From: Fonticula alba ATCC 38817
Taxonomy: Eukaryota; Protista; Nucleariida
Reading direction: 5' to 3' (one strand)
DNA: 64,000 nt
Assembly (NCBI GenBank): GCA_000388065.2
Contig: KB932201.1
Translations under genes and position numbers: made by a program
Part shown: positions 58,968 through 64,000 of the stretch, piece by piece
Layout of the letters: each line of letters starts with the position of its first letter
Position numbering within the stretch: the stretch's first letter is position 1
Notes under the pieces: model-generated
Told to the model about the DNA's origin: nothing
Seen by the model: only the letters and a program-made list of their open reading frames with translations
Database searches by the model: none

Positions 58968-61900
58968 CTCTCGTTCTGTCTCTTGCGGCATCTTGCCGGC
59001 CCCCGCCCCGCTTGTCCACGGAGTGCAGGAACACACCCTGTTACCCGAGCGTCGGATTGGGGACCCGGGGGGGGGGGGGCCGAGTCTGCCTGGGAATATG
59101 TCGAGTGTGTTGGTGAAAAGTGGTGAGCGCCCCTCATTTGCGCGCTCTGGGAATACTGCCCCGGGGCCCGGCAGCCAAGACACTGGGGCTTAGCGTCCAA
59201 CCGACTCGCGTCTCGGACAGGGCGAAGGAGCGTACTCAACTTCGGGGGCCGGGGGCCGGGGGGGCGGTTGGATACAACAGGAGTCTGCCTTCCGGACCCC
59301 TGTCTCGCCACGCTGTTGTGTGGGCTCGTCCCTGGCTGGGTGCACTCCTTGTCTCTCTGTTGCAAGTCCCCACCCGGGACCCGCGGCCATTCCCTCTTTC
59401 TCGGTCGCTGTCTGTCCCTTTGTCTCCGCGCCTCTGTCGCTCGCCCTCTGTTTGTCGGAGCCAACATGAGCGGTGGCAGCGGGTGGGGGGGGGGGGGGGG
59501 GGGGCGGCGCTGATCTGCCACCCCGGGGTCCCTGCGAGCACATTGCGTGCTGGCCATCCAGTGGGAGGTGCGGGCGCGGGCGCACACGCGGGGGCCGCAC
59601 CGCCCCGCACGCTAGGGACCCATCTTGGCGTATGAAAATGCGCCCAGCTCAGCGACGTTGGGCACGGGGGCCCGGGCCCGGTTCTTATGACGGAACAGAC
59701 TGCTACTACTACCGAATGGAACCCATGTGTGTGTGCGCTTCTGAGACCGCCAGGGGAAGATCAAATGGTTGGAGGCGCAGGAGCTGCGTTTGACTGGCAG
59801 CGCGCCGGGCGCGGCCGGGGGAGAGGAAAAAAAAACGGGGCAGACGCCCAGGCACAAGAGACCCATGGGGCACGGCGAAACACTGTTGGGAGCACAATTG
59901 ACGTCCCCCTGTGGGCCACATGGGAAAGGCGGCTAAATTTGATGGCGTGCTGGCCCGCTGCCCAAGGACGGCGGGGGCGGGGGTGGGGGCGGGGGGGGGC
60001 GAAGGGCGGGGGGGGGGGGGGGGGGGACGGAGTAGCGGCAGGGCTCCGGGGGCGTGTGTTGGTGTGTATGTATGTATGTATGTTTGTGTGTGTGTGTCTG
60101 TGTGTGTGTGTGTGTGCGTGCGCGCGGGTGTATGTGCACAGGTGTGTGTATGTGTTTGTGTTGGCCCCTCGTCCCCAGGCCCCGCCCCCCGGCGTCTTGG
60201 TCGGGGGTGGCAATCCTCGGGTGCTGAGGCCCCTGCAAGGGCGGGCGCGGGCGCCGGCGCGGGCGCCGGGGGGCGCGGGGGCGCAGGGGCGCGGTGCGTT
60301 GTTTGTTCATCTCCGGCTGGGCGACCCGCCGGCGGGTGTATGGCGGATGTTTACCATAAGCCGAGGGCGGGGCGGCTAATTTTCCGGCCTTCAGCTCGGC
60401 GCGTTCAACTTGGCAGCGGTGGTGGCGGCGGCGGGGGGGGGGGGCGGGGGGAGGAGCGCAGCATGCGGGTATCCCCTTTCCGCGTACCCTCTCGGGGCAC
60501 CGCTGTAAAGGCGGGCCATAGCTAGCTGACCGCCGCGTGTCCGGACTAGGGGCTTATGGTGTTGCCACTCCGCTGGCCAGTCAACACCGAGGGCATTTCC
60601 GAGGGCCGGCTGCACAGCGATATCCCGGTATACGCGGGCGGCATGGGGTGAGACGTTCGTGGGTGTGTGTGTGTGTGCTTGCGCCCGCGCTCGCATTAGC
60701 AAACACCGGCCTCCCCCGCACACGGGGCGGGCTCCTGCTCGACCGCGGCCGGAGGCGAGTGTCCACACACGTTGATATGTACACACGTGCGGGGGAAAAC
60801 ACCGGCGTGTGCGCGGGTGGGAGGCATGCCCTGGCGTGAACACATCCGCGGAAGCTCCCCCCCCCCCTCCCCCGCCACTGGTGGCCGTACATGCAGATGC
60901 ACATTCATGCATGCTTGCGTCTGCATACATGGGCGCATCCACGCGCAAGCGCACACACACACACACGAGCTTTTGCCGGGAGCTCCGGAGGGTACAAGGG
61001 GGCACTTCGCCTCGTCCCAAGACACGAGGGCGACGTACAGACACACACACACACACACACAAGGGCCGGCAGTGGGGGCGCTGGGCGCCAGCAAGTGGGC
61101 CGGCCGCCGCCCCCCAAGCAGCCGGCCGCCAGCCTCGCCGGACCGTCGACAGCCCGGGCGGTGGTGCCCCGGTGACCGTCGGAGGAGAGGAGGGGGGGGG
61201 GGGAGGAAGCCCAGGGAGGGGCCGGACAACGCCCGCTCCGGCGAATGACCATTCCTCCCCCCGGGTCCGAGAGGCCCGCGACTGCGCACCTGGCGAAGGA
61301 CCCGGACCCGGTGGCGAGGGGCGCGCGGCTTGGATGTGCGCGCTTTTCCGGCGGATGTCGACATCTCCCTCATTTATTGGCCAGCGAGTGGGGCATTCTC
61401 TGGGCCCGTTACTCCGGGCCCGGCCCCCGCAACCCCCGCCGGCATACGGGGGCCGTCGGCCAGCCCCCAAGCGCCACTACCCCGGCCCTTCGAAGTTCAT
61501 GCTCTGGGCCCCCCCTGGCTGGGCGCTTGCGTCGCCGGCGGCACCGAGCACGCCTGTATGGATGGCCGGCACATGCCGGGGTGATCGCCCGTGTCTGATC
61601 GACGCTGACGAAGCGGCGGGGTTGATGGCGTACGCCGGTACACACGGGGGGGCAGGGAGCGCCCCGGCCCCCCCTCCCCCCCCCCCCTCCAAACTGAACA
61701 TGCGCCTTGTTTTTCAAGCCCCCGCCCCTGTGGAACCGACGACATCCCCGGACCCGGGGGAGCGATCGACCGACTCCGAGTATTGGGGCCGCAGTTTGCC
61801 ATATCCAGTCTGGGCGCCGTTCCGCCGGCCGACCCTGAGAAGGGCGAATTTTTCGCACCACAACATGTGTGATCGGTCGCCACCGCATGGAGTGCAGCCC

Positions 61901-62869
61901 ATGAGTGTGCGTCGCGTAGCCTTCTCGCGTTGTCCCTCTCTCTCTCTCTCTCTGTCTCTTGTTCGCGCTCTCTCGCTGTGTCTGGATGTTTTCCTCCCTC
62001 TCCCTTTCCGAGTCCCGTCTCGGGGGCGAGAGAGAGAGACAGAGAGAAGGAGGGAAAGGCGGAGAAAAGACGGCTGCCGCAGGCCCATTTGAGGGCCACT
62101 CGCCGCCATAGCAATGACTGGGGGGGGGGGGGGCAGGCACACGGGGCCAAGGACACAGGAGACACTCGGGCCAAGAGAGGGCACCCGGGCATAGAGTCGC
62201 GCGAGGGACCCGCCCGGCCGGGGCGGGGGGGAGGCGGAGTGCGATTCAACGTCTGCAGCGGTCGCGGCCGGTGTGCCTCGCCCGCCGGTCGGTTCCCCCG
62301 GGGTCTGCCGTTCCGCCCTGGGGTCTGCCATTCCACCCCAACCAGCCAAGACCGCGGCTTGGCCCTCAAGCGGCTCGGCGGTTGGAGCCTATTTCCCGAG
62401 CGGTGGATCCGACCGAGATCTTGCTAGAAGGGCAACAAACGCGCCATCGGCGGCCCGGCGCTCGAATGCCGGTCGTGCGGTGGCAGGCCCGCCGAGCACG
62501 CAATTCCCAGGCGCACTCGCTCGGCCGCTCGCCGGGTTTGGGGAGTCGTCGTGACAGACGGGCCTGGATGGCGCCACGCGGGTGAGGCCCCTGCCGGGTG
62601 GGCCGGTGTTCCGGCCCCTCGCTGAGGGTTGAACAAAAAGGACGGGGGACACAGAGGGGGCAAATCGGCGTGCCTCCCGGTTCCAGGGCGCGGATTTCTT
62701 GGAAAAGGTGCCCATGATCCAATGGCCTAGCTCCCGGAGAGCCGGGCTCGCGGGCGGCGTGGCCTGTGCATACCTGACCGCCGGGGCCGGGGCCGGGGGC
62801 GGGCCGGCGGGACAGCCAAACAGCAAGTCCTCCCGTCCGTCTCCCGGCCTCCGGGCCCAGCGTCAGGCT

Positions 62870-62968
62870 CTCTCTCTCTCTCTGTCTCTCTTTCTCCCTT
62901 GTTCTCTCTGTCATTGTCTCTCTGCCTCTCTCGCTCTCTGTCTCTCTCGCTCTCTCTCGCTCTCTCGC

Positions 62969-63020
<52 letters not shown>
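62870..63020 (+). repeat. (CT)n microsatellite region, representative of many (CT)n/(CA)n tracts in the window
   Basis: Read directly. Similar tracts lie near 2770-2830, 2950-2995, 3420-3455, 4750-4815 and 26590-26665. Confidence 0.9.
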
Positions 63021-63022
<2 letters not shown>

Positions 63023-64000
63023 CGCTCTCTCCGCCTCCCTGGCCCAAAATGAAGGGTGCTTTGCAAGTGGGCCAGGGGGGGGCGCATTTCGCTGTTGTTC
63101 ATCTCGTGCTAACCGCATCTGGGAACGTGAGGTATTCGTCCGGCCATAAATTGGCCCCCTTCCCTCGTCGCCCCAGGGAGGGGGGATGTCCCTTACGCCC
63201 GTCCCTTCTTCGGGCGGGGCGTATCTCGGCTTGCCGCCGCCCCAAGGCACTGGTCGTCCTCCGCCCCGTCGGGGACACGCGATCGCTTCTCGCATGGGCT
63301 CAACTGTGTGCCCTGGGGGAGCCCCCTCTTCCCGGCCGGGCCAACACCAGGCTGGCCGACGACCATTTACTAGGCATGCACTGGAAGCTCCCAAACACAT
63401 GGCCACGCAGAGGGGGGGGACCAAGATACCGAGAGGGAGAAAGGGCGGGAGAGCGGGGACCGGGAAGCGCCGGCCAGGCAGCGGGAGCCGGAGCGACGGC
63501 CGAAGCGGAGGGGCGGCGCAACCCCTCGCGGCCCTCCGCAGCACACCAAAGCGACGAGGGACGGGGGTCGGGGGGGTCGGAGGGCACGCAGGGGGGCCAT
63601 CTGCCCAGGGGTCGTTGCGCTGGGCTGTTTCACTGGGCTCTCTCTCTCTCTCTCCCTCTCTCTCTCTCTCGGGGGGAGGGGCGAGCGGAGGAGGCACCGG
63701 CCAGAAGGCACGGAGGGACCCCGACGTTGGAAGGTGCACAGGGAGGGCGGAAAACTGTACACAATACACCAGCCAACGAATCTCGCGCCCAAGTAGTCCC
63801 AACGATTGGCGCATTGATCCAAATCGGGAAACACCCCCGAGCCGGGGGGATGGCCGAACACAAGAATCCGCGCCCCGGGGCCGTGTATTTTATTTTCCGG
63901 TCTGCACGTGGGCTCATTTGGGCCGAGCCTGGGGCCATGCGTGGGCACCTGACACGCTTGCCCACCCGACGGGGCCGCTCGGCACGGGCCCCCCCCCCCC

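Noticed and set aside
63282-63292. ATCGCTTCTCG resembling the U2 snRNA 5' end
   Set aside because: No following GCCTTTTGGC stem or GTAGTA branch-recognition sequence.
1-64000. Transposons, retroelements, integrated virus, rRNA or biosynthetic gene cluster
   Set aside because: I saw no transposase, RT, integrase or capsid motifs, terminal repeats, rRNA signatures or clustered enzyme genes.

Overview
GC-rich, intron-containing eukaryotic genomic DNA from a draft assembly. It has 13 N-gaps, most flanked by G/C homopolymers, and many (CA)n/(GA)n microsatellites. I reconstructed 12 protein-coding genes by hand from GT-AG introns: a PiT/PHO4 phosphate transporter (+), an Arc1p/AIMP1-like GST plus tRNA-binding protein (-), an MST1/2 (Hippo)-like Ste20 kinase (+), a low-complexity orphan protein (-), a very large LRR-PP2C phosphatase (-), a guanylate-binding protein (+), a MARVEL protein (+), an Stm1/SERBP1 homologue (+), an ATF/Atf1-like bZIP (-), a ROCK/MRCK-like kinase with coiled coil (-), PRP38 (-) and a MetR/Cys-3-like bZIP (-). 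There is also a divergent tRNA-Ser(AGA)/tRNA-Glu(TTC) pair. The mix of fungal-type and animal-type genes suggests a unicellular opisthokont such as a Fonticula-like nucleariid (inference, not verified). I found no CRISPR array, mobile element or rRNA, and no evidence of a single new multi-gene system. The most interesting signals are at gene level: a GBP with hGBP1-like motifs, a Hippo-like kinase with T-M linker motifs but no visible SARAH domain, a bZIP with Cys replacing the invariant Asn, a ROCK-like kinase with HRDLRPDN, an LRR-PP2C with a ~315-aa insertion, and a GTRCGY 5' splice-site consensus.
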